Made by a program: the position numbers and the translations under genes | Source of the DNA: Pristiophorus japonicus | Taxonomy: Eukaryota | Assembly: GCF_044704955.1 (NCBI RefSeq) | Contig: NC_091988.1 | Location: 133,982,001-134,046,000, forward strand | Length of the DNA stretch: 64,000 bases | Reading direction: 5' to 3' | Shown here: positions 12,725-25,699 of the stretch, piece after piece | Numbering within the stretch: position 1 is the stretch's first letter | How the letters are laid out: the number at the start of each line of letters is the position of its first letter | Notes under the pieces: model-generated | The model's input: the letters and a program-made list of their open reading frames with translations, nothing else | Database searches by the model: none | Told to the model about the DNA's origin: nothing

Positions 12725-13690
12725 AAGCACCTTGAAGTTACAAAAAAAAATGAATGGGACCCATGGATCTGGGTCTTTTACTGTACCTGAACCTACTCAG
12801 CTGAAACCACACATACATCTGTAACACACCACTATTCCTAGTCAGTCGTATTCTTTCCCTATAGCAGTCTAACATGACCTGTATGGAACATTAAAAAGGG
12901 GTTTCTTTCCCACCACACCATCATCATAGGCAGTCCCTCGGGGTCGAGAATGACTTGCTTCCACATAAAAAGTTAGTACTCAGGTGACCGATTAACTCAT
13001 TTTAAACGGTGGAAGATGCCTGTGCGTAAATTCTTTTAACGTGGGGTGGCCATTGCACACCAGCCACCACACGGGTTTGACGGAGCAAGTTCTTGGTCCA
13101 GTGGCAAGGGGATCCAAGACGACTGGAGACCAGGCTCCACCACATGTGCCAATACATGCACAAAAACTCAAACAAACTCCTACTATCCTCCTTCCTTCCT
13201 CCTTCTCACAGGACCTTTCTCTATGTGGAATCCATAGTACGCAATGTGAGCCTTACCTCATAAGAGGCTCAATCTACCGGCATTTCCATTTATTTTGCCA
13301 CAAAATACATTAAAAAAAGATCCACAGTATTTTACAGCAGCCCATTAAGCATCATTGTCTAAGATACTGAAGGCGACAGGGGGTTGGGAAAAGGCACCTT
13401 GTAAGTTACGAAAGAAAATGAATGGGGAAAAAAACCTGAATACAGGGGTGTCCCACAGATCTGAGGCTTGTACTGTACTGAAACTACTCAGCTGAAACCA
13501 CACATAAACATGTGTAATACACCACTATTTCTAGTCAGTCATATTCTTTCCCTGCAGCAGTCTAACGTGACCTGTATGGAACATTAAAAAAGGAAGGGTT
13601 TTCCACCACACAAGAGGCTCGATCCATTTTTTTTTCCACACAATACATTTTTTTTTAAAGCTCCACAGTACTTGGCAGCAGCCCACGAGG
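12725..13690. repeat. Local tandem duplication of about 300 bp; first copy interrupted by an RTE-tailed insert
   Basis: 12725-12920 plus 13255-13345 align with 13393-13690. Confidence 0.85.
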
Positions 13691-13828
13691 GGTTGACGGC
13701 ACACGGCAGTAGTTGAGTGGAAGATGTCAGTGGGCCAGCCTGGGGTGGTCCAGGTGAGAGGCCCGCAGCAGCTGAGCGCCCAGTGCACCTGTCACTGAGG
13801 AGAATGGGCACAGCTCTGCTCCTCACTC

Positions 13829-13830
<2 letters not shown>

Positions 13831-13864
<34 letters not shown>
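13831..13864. repeat. (CA)17 microsatellite
   Basis: Direct reading. Confidence 0.97.
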
Positions 13865-13865
<1 letters not shown>

Positions 13866-14210
13866 CCGCCTCATCCCCCACCGGCCTCTGCTGTCAGGCC
13901 TCCCCCTCCCCGATACTCACCACAACCCACGGCGCCAACCGACAACTGCCTGGGCTCCGCCGCCGCCCCCTCCTCCACTATCCCCTCCAGCCGAAAGATG
14001 GCGGCCGTTTGGAGTGAGACGGGCGCCCGCCGCGCCTGCCGGGAGTTGTAGTTCGCTCCGGCGCCGCGCCGAGCCGGGTCGGCGGCCGCTGGACTACAAC
14101 TCCCGCCAGGGCTTGCGGCGCAGGCGCATTGCTGCGGCCGGGGCGCCGAGCACTCTGGGAGTTGTAGTTTCACGCACGACTCTAGGTCGCCGCAGGAGTC
14201 GCTGCCCAGT
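13865..14210. promoter_or_regulatory. CpG-island housekeeping-type promoter
   Basis: Very high CpG density; three ACTACAACTCCC (ZNF143/THAP11-type) motifs at 14041-14052(-), 14093-14104(+), 14157-14168(-); YY1 AAGATGGCGGC 13995-14005; NRF1-like GCGCAGGCGCA 14118-14128. Confidence 0.88.
13921..14010 (-). other. Non-coding first exon of a minus-strand gene (possibly NCOA5 by synteny)
   Basis: Minus-strand donor GTG|GTGAGTATC at 13921/13920 next to the CpG promoter; no ATG in the exon; 5' end approximate. No coding exon recognised in 1-13900, so the identity is inferred only from human NCOA5 lying head-to-head with CD40. Confidence 0.6.
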
Positions 14211-16034
14211 TATTGCACCAGGAGAGCTTGGGGACTTTTCAACCTATCCAGTTCCCCAAAAAATCCCCCTGGAACTTCCGCGGATCATATGCATCCAGTA
14301 AATTGCAGCAGATAAAAGGAGAAATTGAATTTCTCAGAGCCCCAAAGGAAATATTTCCCACATCACAGTTTGTACACAGTACTGTATTGTGCTGACAGGT
14401 GGTATGCAAATCAGTTTTAATGCCAAGTCTGATTTGTTAATCACTCTAAAGCGGTATGCAATCTCACGGTATTGTTACGAACGTACCTGACTAAACAGCT
14501 TTTTATTGTAACTTTTTGTAATGCTTGAAATTTTGATATTTTATTGCCACTTTAGCCCCATCATAAACACCTCTGTCTACCTATGCCTTATGCCTCTGTA
14601 AAACGGTGTTATTTTCATTGGTTGTTAAGATGATAACGCTAGGCCACAAATGCAACATAGTTACCATAGTAAAATATAAAATGTTAACATAGCAATTTGC
14701 AATAAGAATCGGAGGCAGGAGTAGGCTATGCGGCCCCTCGAGCCTATCTGGTAAATGTTAACACAAAAATCATGACAAGATGAAGTAAGATTTGTGGAGG
14801 GGAAAAGATGTATACCATACGTAAGGTTTTAATGATATATTGATATACCACTTTAAAATGGCTTGTTATATATATAATACTGGTGGATATTCTGTGAAAT
14901 TGCTCATGGTGAGTTAGAGGATTTGGTGTTTTAAAAGAGAATGAGCATTATATTGTGTAGATAGAATGCAGTATCATATATTAAACGTGATGAAAAATTG
15001 GGAGGTAGAATTAGGAAAACAAACTGTGTTTGTAACTTACTTGTCGATTGGAGCGATCGACAATTTGCAGACAAGTGTAATGGAGCAAAGATCAGGTTAC
15101 AAGAATTTATAAACTGTATAGTTTTATATCAATTTGTAGCTAAGTTTAGATGCTAGGATTTTAAAATGGAAACCATTTAGCATTGTGTGTCACTGTGGCT
15201 GAGTCAAAATCCGAACTCCGTACCTAACAGCACTGTGTTAGTACCTTCACCACATTGGTTCAAGAAGGCAACGCATCACCACCTTCTCAAGGGCAACTAG
15301 GGATGGGTTAGAAATGCTTGTCTTGCCCATTTCTCGAGAATGTAAAAAAAACATGGTTGCTGTCATGCATGGATGCTGGGGTAGCAGTCTATTAGCTAGA
15401 AGAAGCACACATGCATGTTTGTAATTTTAATTTTATATTGACCAATTATAGAGGACTCTGAAGCTAATGAGTAAACGGAGCATGTGGTGACATTGCAGTA
15501 AGGGGGGTCTGTGCATAGAGCTGAGAGCTTGGTCAGAAGTTGTGTTCGTGTTTATGGAAGAGAAGGAGAAAATTGTTGGACGTGAGGTTATGAATGTGTG
15601 TTTTTTCTATGAAAATTACATGATTGATGTTTAATATTATAAATTTGGTTTGTCAAGGCATATACTGGGCTGGATGAGAAAGCACATTGGCCAGTGAAAG
15701 GATTGTCATTATTATCCAACAGGACATTTGCCAATGCCTAATTGACATTTTTTGCACCTGATGCGAAACTTCAATATTGAGCCATGCAGCAATGTTACCC
15801 CTCTATAAAACAGAATGTTATTAGATGCTCTGTATAGGACTGTTAGCCCGCAGGAATTCTAAGATTTAAAAATGTGCAAAAGCATTAAGACTCATTCCAC
15901 TGTGTTGTGGGGTGGTAGCAGGTACATACCTAAGATTCCTGAGAGGATTGTCAGGCAGATGGTGGTGTAGGGGTGGGGTGGCCTTGGGGTCAGTCCTTTT
16001 GATTAGCAGTGAGAGAGTGGAGTGTGTCCTTGGG

Positions 16035-16262
16035 GTCAGTCCTTACACATACCACAAATCCACACGAGGCACATTGTATGGACAAGGTCACTCTGTGACC
16101 TGCACCTTTATTCACAGGACCAAGAAGTGATGACCCTGCATGGGACTTCCCTTTATATACCTGGATTACCAGGTGAGGAGTGTCTCCCACAATTTCACCC
16201 CCTGTGGTCAATGTGTGCATTTCTCAAGTATATACAGTATTGCAGTGTTGTTACATACATGG
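16035..16262 (-). mobile_element. Diverged LTR related to 19348-19592
   Basis: Collinear shared blocks (gtccttac, cacacgaggc, aaggtca.tctgtgacct, ctttattc, ggagtgtctcccacaa, gtggtca); ends and TSD unresolved. Confidence 0.7.
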
Positions 16263-16372
16263 AGCAATGCTGCGCCATCCACCACGCAGAATTCCCTGAT
16301 TCTGGGATCGCCAGTTTTGGGAGCCTCCAGGCACACGGGCACTTCCAAAACCTCCGCATGAGCTCATGGGCG

Positions 16373-18340
16373 AACCCGGGGACTGGGAGAAATTTAGAAC
16401 TCAGCAGAGGAGGACAAAGGGTTTGATTAGGGCAGGAAAAATGGAGTACGAGAAGAAGCTTGCAGGGAACATTAAGGCGGATTGCAAAAGTTTCTATAGG
16501 TATGTAAAGAGAAAAAGGTTAGTAAAGACAAACGTAGGTCCCCTGCAGTCAGAATCAGGGGAAGTCATAACGGGGAACAAAGAAATGGCAGACCAATTGA
16601 ACAAGTACTTTGGTTCGTTATTCACTAAGGAGGACACAAACAACCTTCCGGATATAAAAGGGGTCAGAGGGTCTAGTAAGGAGGAGTAACTGAGGGAAAT
16701 CTTTATTAGTCGGGAAATTGTGTTGGGGAAATTGATGGGATTGAAGGCCGATAAATCCCCAGGGCCTGATGGACTGCATCCCAGAGTACTTAAGGAGGTG
16801 GCCTTGGAAATAGCGGATGCATTGACAGTCATTTTCCAACATTCCATTGACTCTGGATCAGTTCCTATCGAGTGGAGGGTAGCCAATGTAACCCCACTTT
16901 TTAAAAAAGGAGGGAGAGAGAAAACAGAGAATTATAGACCGGTCAGCCTGACCTCAGTAGTGGGTAAAATGATGGAATCAATTATTAAGGATGTCATAGC
17001 AGCGCATTTGGAAAATGGTGACATGATAGGTCCAAGTCAGCATGGATTTGTGAAAGGGAAATCATGCTTGACAAATCTTCTGGAATTTTTTGAGGATGTT
17101 TCCAGTAAAATGGACAAAGGAGAACCAGTTGATGTGGTATATTTGGACTTTCAGAAGGCTTTCGACAAGGTCCCACACAAGAGATTAATGTACAAAGTTA
17201 AAGCACATGGGATTGGGGGTAGTGTGCTGACGTGGATTGAGAACTGGTTGTCAGACAGGAAGCAAAGAGTAGGAGTAAATGGGTACTTTTCAGAATGACA
17301 GGCAGTGACTAGTGGGGTACCGCAAGGTTCTGTGCTGGGGCCCCAGCTGTTTACACTGTACATTAATGATTTAGACGAGGGGATTAAATGTAGTATCTCC
17401 AAATTTGCGGATGACACTAAGTTGGGTGGCAGTGTGAGCTGCGAGGAGGATGCTATGAGGCTGCAGAGTGATTTGGATAGGTTAGGTGAGTGGGCAAATG
17501 AATGGCAGATGAAGTATAATGTGGATAAATGTGAGGTTATCCACTTTGGTAAAAACAGAGAGACAGACTATTATCTGAATGGTGACAGATTAGGAAAAGG
17601 GAAGGTGCAACGAGACCTGGGTGTCATGGTACATCAGTCATTGAAGGTTGGCATGCAGGTACAGCAGGCGGTTAAGAAAGCAAATGGCATGTTGGTCTTC
17701 ATAGCGAGGGGATTTGAGTACAGGGGCAGGGAGATGTTGCTACAGTTGTACAGGGCCTTGGTGAGGCCACACCTGGAGTATTGTGTACAGTTTTGGTCTC
17801 CTAACTTGAGGAAGGACATTCTTGCTATTGAGGGAGTGCAGCGAAGATTCACCAGACTGATTCCCGGGATGGTGGGACTGACCTATCAAGAAAGACTGGA
17901 TCAACTGGGCTTGTATTCACTGGAGTTCAGAAGAATGAGAGGGGTCCTTATAGAAACGTTTAAAATTCTGACGGGTTTAGACAGGTTAGATGCAGGAATA
18001 ATGTTCCCAATGTTGGGGAAGTCCAGAACCAGGGGTCACAGTCTAAGGATAAGGGGTAAGCCATTTAGGACCGAGATGAGGAGAAACTTCTTCACTCAGA
18101 GAGTGGTGAACCTGTGGAATTCTCTACCACAGAAAGTAGTTGAGGCCAATTCACTAAATGTATTCAAAAGGGAGTTAGATGAAGTCCTTACTACTCGGGG
18201 GATCAAGGGGTATGGCGAGAAAGCAGGAAGGGGGTACTGAAGTTTCATGTTCAGCCATGAACTCATTGAATGGGGGTGCAGGCTAGAAGGGCTGAATGGC
18301 CTGCTCCTGCACCTATTTTCTATGTTTCTATGTTTCTATG
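16373..18340 (+). mobile_element. CR1-clade LINE, 5'-truncated, young
   Basis: ORF2 RT (KSPGPDG, YRPVSLTS, YLDFQKAFDKVPH, GVPQGSVLGP, FADD) broken only by in-frame stops; (TTTCTATG)n tail. Confidence 0.97.
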
Positions 18341-18689
18341 GGAATTCCCTTGGTGGTGATGCAGTGAAGTCATGACATACTCACTCAGTAGCTACATTTG
18401 TCGGGGTTACTTTATGAGGTGGTGTTGGGGGGGGTGGGGGGTTGGGGATTGCTGTGGGGCGCAACCAATGAAGAAACCATTTCAAGGCGGTGGGAGGTGT
18501 GGGGGGGGGGGGGGGTGCGGTGGGCAGTGCACACATTCAATGGAAGAACGATTTCAAGGATCAGTAATCGTTGTCTTTGGCCCTAACCCTGTGCTCCTTT
18601 GGATTCCGAACTGGAGAATGCTGTTTGCACTGAGCAATTCGAGTCTGGGGCCAGCAGGCACTGGGTGTAGAGGTGCCTATTTGTTCAAA

Positions 18690-19780
18690 AACAACAACAA
18701 CTTGTATTTATATAGCACCTTTAATGTAGTGAAACGTCCCAAGGCATGTCACAGGCGCATTATGAGATTTTAAAATTTGACACCGAGCCGCATAAGTAGA
18801 AATTAGCGCAGGTGACCAAAAGCTTGGTCAAACAGGTAGGTTTTAAGAAGTGTCTGGAAGCAGGAAAGAGAGGTAGCGAGGCGGAGAGGTTTAGTCAGGA
18901 AGTTCCAGAGCTTAGGGCCTAGGCAACAGAGACACGGCCACCGATGGCTGAGTGATTATAATCAGGGATACTCAAGAGGGCATAATTTGAGGAGCGCAGA
19001 CATCTCGGGGGTGGGAGGGGGTTGTGGGGCTGGAAGAGATTACAGAGATAGCAAGATGCCAGGCCAGGGAGGGATTTGGCATCATGAGGCGTTACTTAAC
19101 CGGAAGCCAATGTAAGTCAGCGAACACAGGGGTGATGGGTGAGCGGGACTTGGTGCGAGTTGGGACACGGGCAGCCGAGTTTTGGATCACCTCTAGTTTA
19201 CGTAGGGTAGAATGTGGGAGGGCAACGTACATTGGTGCGTTGGAATAGTCAAGTTTAGAGGTAACAGAGGTATAGATGAGGGCTTCAGCAGCGGATGAGC
19301 TGAGGCAAGGGCGGAGACAGGCGATGTTACGGAGGTGGAAATAGGCGTGATACGTCCTTACTATACAGTATAAATGCACACGAGGCCCATGCTTGAGAGA
19401 AGGTCAGTCTGTGACCTATCCTTTATTCCATAGCACTCAAGTGATGGAAGTGGGTGGAGCTTCCCCTTTTATATCTGAAGATCCAGGTTCGGAGTGTCTC
19501 CCACAAGTTCACTACCTAGTGGTCATTGTTCTCACAGTGTACAACTTAGGTCAGATTATACATGGGTTACAATGCTGGTTGAATACATGACAAGGCGGTC
19601 TTGGTTATGCTGTGGATATGTGGTTGAAAGCTCATTTCAGGGTCAAATATGAGACAAAGGTTGCGAACAGTCTCATTCACCCTCAGACAGGAGTTGGGGA
19701 GAGGGATGGAGTCAGTGGCTAGGGAACGGAGTTTGTGGCGAGGACTGAAATCAATGGCTTTTGTCTTCCCAATATTCAAT
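18690..19780 (-). mobile_element. L2-clade LINE 3' portion
   Basis: AYFHLRNIA..SKLDYSNA..IQNSAAR..ITPVFADLHWLPVK; tail TATAAATACAAG(TTG)n. Confidence 0.92.
19348..19592 (-). mobile_element. Solo LTR (245 bp) inserted in an L2 LINE
   Basis: TG...CA ends, perfect 5-bp TSD AGGCG (19343-19347, 19593-19597), minus-strand TATA and AATAAA; the L2 frame resumes on both sides. Confidence 0.9.
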
Positions 19781-19979
19781 TGGGCATCTAACTTCTGCGC
19801 ACCACAACAACTGCATCATAAGGGGCGATAGACATAACAATACTGGGCTGTAATATTAACCGAAAAGTCACCTTTGTGGCATGCTGTGAAAGATAAGCTT
19901 TTCACTTATTTAAACTATTCGAAAAAGAATAAAAGTTAAAAAAAAGACTGCTTTGTGAAAAGGGAACAACAGAAATACT

Positions 19980-20438
19980 CTTGCACCGGAAGTCACACCC
20001 TGTCAGTTTCATGTGTCTAAATCCAAGTGAATAAATCATAATTAATGATTTTGTATAATTTGAAATTAACTTCTAATTTTTGAGAAAGTTCCTGTAACTT
20101 GGTGGGAATAGCAGGACTGACAGCAATCACATACCCACCCACACGCACACACAAACAGAAAATAAATGGTGTGAGGTGAGATCGGATCGCGGCTGGAAAC
20201 CCCCTCTGTAAATACCCCGAAAGGGGAGGGGAACAAGCGGCTGCATTCAGTATAAATCGACCTCTCCCTGTCCATTTCAAACTGAGCTGCAACAGCAAAA
20301 GCCATCGCTTTGGTCAAGCAAGGAATTTATTGTTCATTTTAGAAAAAAAAGTAGAGGCATCCACTCGTGATCGTGGAAAAAACATTGACAACCGCTTTCT
20401 TAACACAAGTTGGGAAAATCTGGTGCGGGCTTTTGGTC
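19980..20438 (+). promoter_or_regulatory. Candidate CD40 promoter / 5' UTR
   Basis: Repeat-free; ETS site CCGGAAGT 19986-19993, kB-like TGGAAACCCC 20194-20203, TATAAA 20251-20256, upstream of ATG 20439. Motif matches only. Confidence 0.6.
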
Positions 20439-20489
20439 ATGATGCTGAACCCACGTCTCCTGGCTTGCTGCATGTTCTGTCTGTTTCAG
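20439..20489 (+). CDS. CD40: CD40 exon 1 (signal peptide MMLNPRLLACCMFCLFQ)
   Basis: ATG at 20439, 17 mostly hydrophobic codons, consensus donor CAG|GTAAGT, phase 0, in frame with exon 2; TATA box upstream at 20251. Confidence 0.8.
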
Positions 20490-22647
20490 GTAAGTTTCAG
20501 TTAGGTGAAAGTTTGTTTCGGGTCTAAGTAAATAGTGAAATATCATTTGCAATTGAGTTAGATTGTATCCTTTTGCATTTTTATGAAAATAATTACATTT
20601 CTTTCTACATATTGATCAAACAGAATATGATAAGAATATGTTAACAGCAGTGACCCAGATTAAACCTGTAGAGACTAAAAGCTAATGGTTGAGGGACACC
20701 GTGGTCCAAGCCCTCCGCCTACTGCACTGCTTGGTATGGCCTGAGATTACATTGATGAGCAACCGTGGAACTGGCCCATGCAGTGCAGGAGGGTCGCAAG
20801 TTGGACCCCAGGTCTGTGCTGAGGGAGCTGGGTCTCAAGCGTGGCGGCTGTGGAGCTGCTCCGATTGGGCTCAGTGTCCTGGGCTAGTGATGGGAAGAGA
20901 AAGACAGATTGCTGTCCGGGCGAGGGTCAGTTGCGATATCCCGCCTGGTGGAATGGTCTTGCCAGCAATCTATCGGCTCAGGCATGTGCCTTGGGCAACG
21001 TTAAAATAAATGACTTGGTGGGAGAGCCGGTGATATGTTATTTTCTCTAGTTTTCACCTGTGCCTTTTGATCTGGCCGGGGACAATAGTTTGTAACCTGT
21101 TGCCTGTCCCGAGACTATTGATTACTGCTGAAAGTTTTCAATCAACAATAAGTTGTATTTATATCGCGCCTTTAACGTAGTAAAACGTCCCAAGGCGCTT
21201 CACAGCAGTATTATAAGACAAAACAGATACATTTGACACCGAGACACATAAGAAGAAATTAGGGCAGATGACCAAAAGCTTGGTCAAAGAGATAGATTTA
21301 AAGGAGGAAAGCAAGGTAGTGAGCGAGAGGTTTAGGGGGGAATTCCAGAGCTTGGGGCCCAGGCAGCTGAAGGCACGGCCACCGATCAGGGATGCTCAAG
21401 AGGGCAGATATCTCTGGGGGGCGTGGAGGTTACAGAGATAGGGAGGGGCGAGGCAATCAGTAGAGAAACTACTGTGTAACACAACCCTGTTTTTCAACCA
21501 ACATAGTTTTGATGTGGTGAGAATGTAGAACTACTGCCTGGAGTGTTTGAGACGAGGGGAAGCTACAGAAATTAATAGAAGCATATGTTGATAATGCCAG
21601 ATGAAATAAATAGTGGGAGGAGGTTCATGGAGCAGTTATAATCAGGGATGCTCAAAAGCAGAATTTGAGGAGTGCAGACATCTGGGCGGGGGGAGGTGGA
21701 GGCTATGAGGCTGAAGGAGATTTCAGAGATATGGAGGGGCGAGGCACCTACCTTGCCTTCAGCTGCCTGGGCACTGTACGCATTGTGTGTGCTGCGTGTG
21801 TGTGCTCCAGCAGTGAGGAGACAACCCCCAGGGCTGCAGAAGTCGCAGGCTCCATTGCTGACTCCCAGGAGCTTTCTGATCTAAGCTGCGCTAAGATTGA
21901 AGTCGCTGTTTACTTTATTATAACCAGGGGCTGAATTTAGTTGGGATTAATTAGTTTCCATCTTCTTTGCAGGCGCAAACTGTGCCTCTACTGTGTGTTG
22001 TCTACAGGAATTGGTCCTATGCTCTATTAGCATAGTAGTGTACAGCGTATAGCATCCTAGAATCTTACAGCACAGAAGGAAGCCATTCGGTCCATCGTGC
22101 CTGTGCAGGATCTTTGAAAGAGCGATCCAATTAGTCCTACTCCCGTGCTCTTTCTCACAGCCCTGCAAATCTTTCCTTTTTAAAGTATATATACAATTCT
22201 TTTTTGAAAGTTACTATTGAATCTACTTAAACTAAATTAGCAGGCAACATTGAAATACTAATTTCTATTTGTTTTCAACCTAGTGAGGGTTTTTGTCTAA
22301 AGATTATTCAGTCCAGGTGATAAGGAGTGTATTACATGGTCACTTCATAATTGGTAGGAAGGGAAGTACAGATAATATTAATCACAAGAGCAAAGCTGAC
22401 ACGGTTTATAATAAGCCTCTGAGGCGTCACACTGTGTATCGAGTAATACCTGGAATGTAGGGCCTGGTGTTTGATGTCCATGAGTGCAAAATACAAGAAA
22501 ATGCAAATGCTAATAATACAAAGCAACTTTAAAATCATGTGATTCCCAGCACGAGAATGTGAGGTTGTTTTTCACAGAGAGGTGCCAGAGTTTTTGGCTA
22601 TCACTAGTGTATATGCATCAATGGAAAATTAACAAAACACTTGCTCA

Positions 22648-22876
22648 TTATCATAGGCAGTCCCTCGTAATTGAGGAAGACTTGCTTCCACTCTTAACAT
22701 GAGTCCTTAGGTGGCTGAACAGTCCAATAGGAGAGTCACAGTCTCTGTAACAGGTGGGGCAGATAGTCGTTGAGGGAAGAGGTGGGTGGGACTGGTTTGC
22801 CGCACGCTCTTTCCGCTGCCTGCGCTTGATTTCTGCATGCTCTCGGCGACGAGACTCGTGGTGTTCAGCGCCCTCC
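22648..22876 (-). mobile_element. RTE 3' fragment
   Basis: HAEIKRRQRKERAAN..CPTC..HLRTH; matches the other RTE 3' ends. Confidence 0.9.
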
Positions 22877-23246
22877 CTTGTTATTGCACGGTGGAATACC
22901 AACATATGATTTCCAGTTATGGGGATAAGTTGCTAGATTATTGTGTTGTAACGTTCATGCCTACTATGATCACTTGGTGCTTGGCTTGTGTTGGGGAGGA
23001 ATTTGACAAGATCACAAGATAATTCTGGATGAAGAAAGCCATTTGGCCCATCTTCATTCATCAATCTGGAGAGATTCAAATATCCCCACTCCCACATTGA
23101 ATAATCAATTGTTTCTTAAATGATTCCAGAGGTTTTATCTCTATTTGGGAGTCAATTCTAATTTGAGCTTGTGTCTCTTAGTTCTATTCCTGTTTAATTT
23201 AAAATAATATGCTAGGTTACTTTTTCTATACCCTTAACAATCTTCT

Positions 23247-23950
23247 CATAAGAACATAAGAATTAGGAACAGGAGTAGGCCATCTAGCCCCTCGAGCCTG
23301 CTCCACCATTCAAAAAGATCATGGCTGATCTGGCCATGGACTCAGCTCCACTTACCCGCCCGCTCCCCATAACCCTCAATTCCCTTATTGGTTAAAAATC
23401 TATCTATCTGTGATTTGAATACATTCAATGAGCTCGCCTCAACTGCTTCCTTGGGCAGAGAATTTCACAGATTCACAACCCACTGGGAGAAGAAATTCTT
23501 TCTCAACTCGGTTTTAAATTGGCTCCCCCGTATTTTGAGGCTGTGCCCCCTAGTTCTAGTCTCCCGACCAGTGGAAACAACCTCTCTGCCTCTATCTTGT
23601 CTATCCCTTTCATTATTTTAAATGTTTCTCTAAGATCACCCCTCATCCTTCTGAACTCCAACGAGTAAAGACCCGGTCTACTCAATCTATCATCTCCGGA
23701 ACCAGCCTAGTGAATCGTCTCTGTACCCTCTCCAAGGCTACTATATCCTTCCTTAAGTAAGGTGATCAAAACTGCACGCAGTACTCCAGGTGTGGCCTCA
23801 CCAATACCCTGTACAGTTGCAACAGGACCTCCCTGCTTTTGTACTCCATCCCTCTCGCAATGAAGGCCAACATTCCATTCGCCTTCCTGATTATCTGCTG
23901 CACCTGCAAATGAACTTTTTGGGATTCATGCACAAGGACCTCCAGGTCCC
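23247..23950 (-). mobile_element. CR1 3' fragment
   Basis: KANGMLAFIARG..VRPHLEYCVQF; CATAAGAA tail. Confidence 0.9.
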
Positions 23951-24002
23951 TTTCGAACAGTCTATGTGTGACCACCAGCATGGGAGTGTGATGTTGTGTT
24001 GC

Positions 24003-24742
24003 CTGTGGCTCAGTGGGTAGCACTCTCATCTCTGAGTCAGAAGGTTGTGGGTTCAAGTCCCACTCCAGAGACTTGAGGCTGACACTCCAGTGTAGTACTG
24101 AGGGAGTGCTGCAATGTCCTGGTGCCGTCTTTCAGATGAGACGTTAGGTTGAGGCCCATTCTGCCCTCTCAGATGGAAAAGATCCTATGGCACTATTGTG
24201 AAGAAGAGCAGGGGAGTTATCCCTGGTGTTCTGGCCAATATTTATCCCTCAATCAACATTACTAAAAACAGATCATCTGGTCATTATCACATTGCTGTTT
24301 GTGAGACCTTGTGTTGCAAATTGGATTCCCACATTAGAACATAAGAAATAGGAATAGGAGTAGGCCATACAACCCCTCGAGTCTGCCCCACCATTCAGTA
24401 AGATCATGGCTGATCTGATCATGGACTCAGCTCCACCTCCCTGCCTGCTCCCCATAACCCCTTATTCCCTTATCATTTAAGAAACTGTCTATTTCTGTCT
24501 TAAATTTATTCAGTTCTCTGAGGCAGCGAATTCCACTGATTTACAACCCTTTGAGGGAAGAAATTTCTCCTCATCTCTGTTTTAAATGGGCGGCCCCTTA
24601 TTCTAAGATCATGCCCTCTAGTTCTAGTCTCTCCCATCAGTGGAACAGGAACCACTCGCCAAAAGTACTTCATTAGCTGTAAAGTGCTTTGGGACATCCT
24701 GAGGTTGTGAAAGGCGCTATAGAAGTATAAGTCTTTCTTTTT
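24003..24742 (+). mobile_element. tRNA-derived Deu-domain SINE (SacSINE1-like) split by a minus-strand CR1 fragment (about 24336-24645)
   Basis: A box GTGGCTCAGTGG, B box GGTTCAAGTCC, central GATGAGACGTT block, L2-like tail ending (TCTT)n; family name from recall. Confidence 0.85.
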
Positions 24743-25699
24743 CCATAACATGATCTCTCAGACTGAAGCGTCTAGGCTGAAAAGTCCAAGTTTCTCATAA
24801 CTCAACTCCTGACATTAAGAATCAGCCTCGTGGCTCTCCTCTGCAACAACTCTTGTGTTTGAGTGCCTCCCTTGTTTTTTAGATGACCAGAAATGAATGT
24901 AGTATTCAAGGTGCAGTTTGACCTGAGCATTATAAGGTTTGACCATTACTTGCTCTGATTTATAGCTTGGTGTTTTGGCTATGTAGTTGGTTCTGTTGAA
25001 CATGTTTAGTTTCAAATCTTCTAAGACTCCTAGGTCTTACAATGGTAACACTATAGCGTTTCAATTTTGCGTCTCCCATTTCTCAACCTATACTGAAGGG
25101 AACCCTCTATCCTCCAACCAACTCTACTTCTCTTGAATTTCTGTAAGATATTTATCTGTAATATATAAAATAAAATGTATAAAATAGGGACGTAATTACG
25201 AGTTTAAAATGCAGACTGCATATTTTATATTATACATCAATATCTTATTAAAAAAACCTTACACCTAGTCCAATTATCCTCCACAGTCTAATCCCACTTC
25301 ATCTAAAGATCACAATAGGTTTAGACTGCCCATGTGCAAGTCACAGGAGATTGACGAGTTATATGCTAAAACCTTTGTGCCCGTAATGTATAAATGTTTA
25401 AATAATAACAAAATTAATATTTTTGTGGCAGTACTTGCATTTCAAATATGAGAAGTGAGAACGTTTGAGGAGTGCAACTTGTGGGTGTAAATTACACTCC
25501 CTATGGTGTCCGTGGGGGTACAGAGCGGCATTTGCTAGAGAGAAGGCAGAATGTGTGAAAAACACAAGGTCCATTCTAAAAGGTATATTTTAAAAACAAC
25601 AATGACACCATTTCCTTTTTGATACAAGTCGAGAAAGTTATACTTTCCAGCTCTTCGTTGCTCTCTAGTTAGGCAAGTAAAACTTTCATTTGTGTACAA

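Noticed and set aside
290-13800. Coding exons of the minus-strand gene (searched for NCOA5-like RD-rich sequence)
   Set aside because: None recognised; isolated splice-like sites (about 12058, 13256) gave no credible frame, so no gene symbol was assigned.
13717-14301. 194-aa ORF over the CpG island
   Set aside because: Low-complexity product of GC-rich promoter DNA and a CA repeat; no domain.
24003-24075. tRNA genes suggested by A/B boxes (also 26065, 31745, 33965)
   Set aside because: These are SINE heads continuing into SINE bodies; no full cloverleaf.
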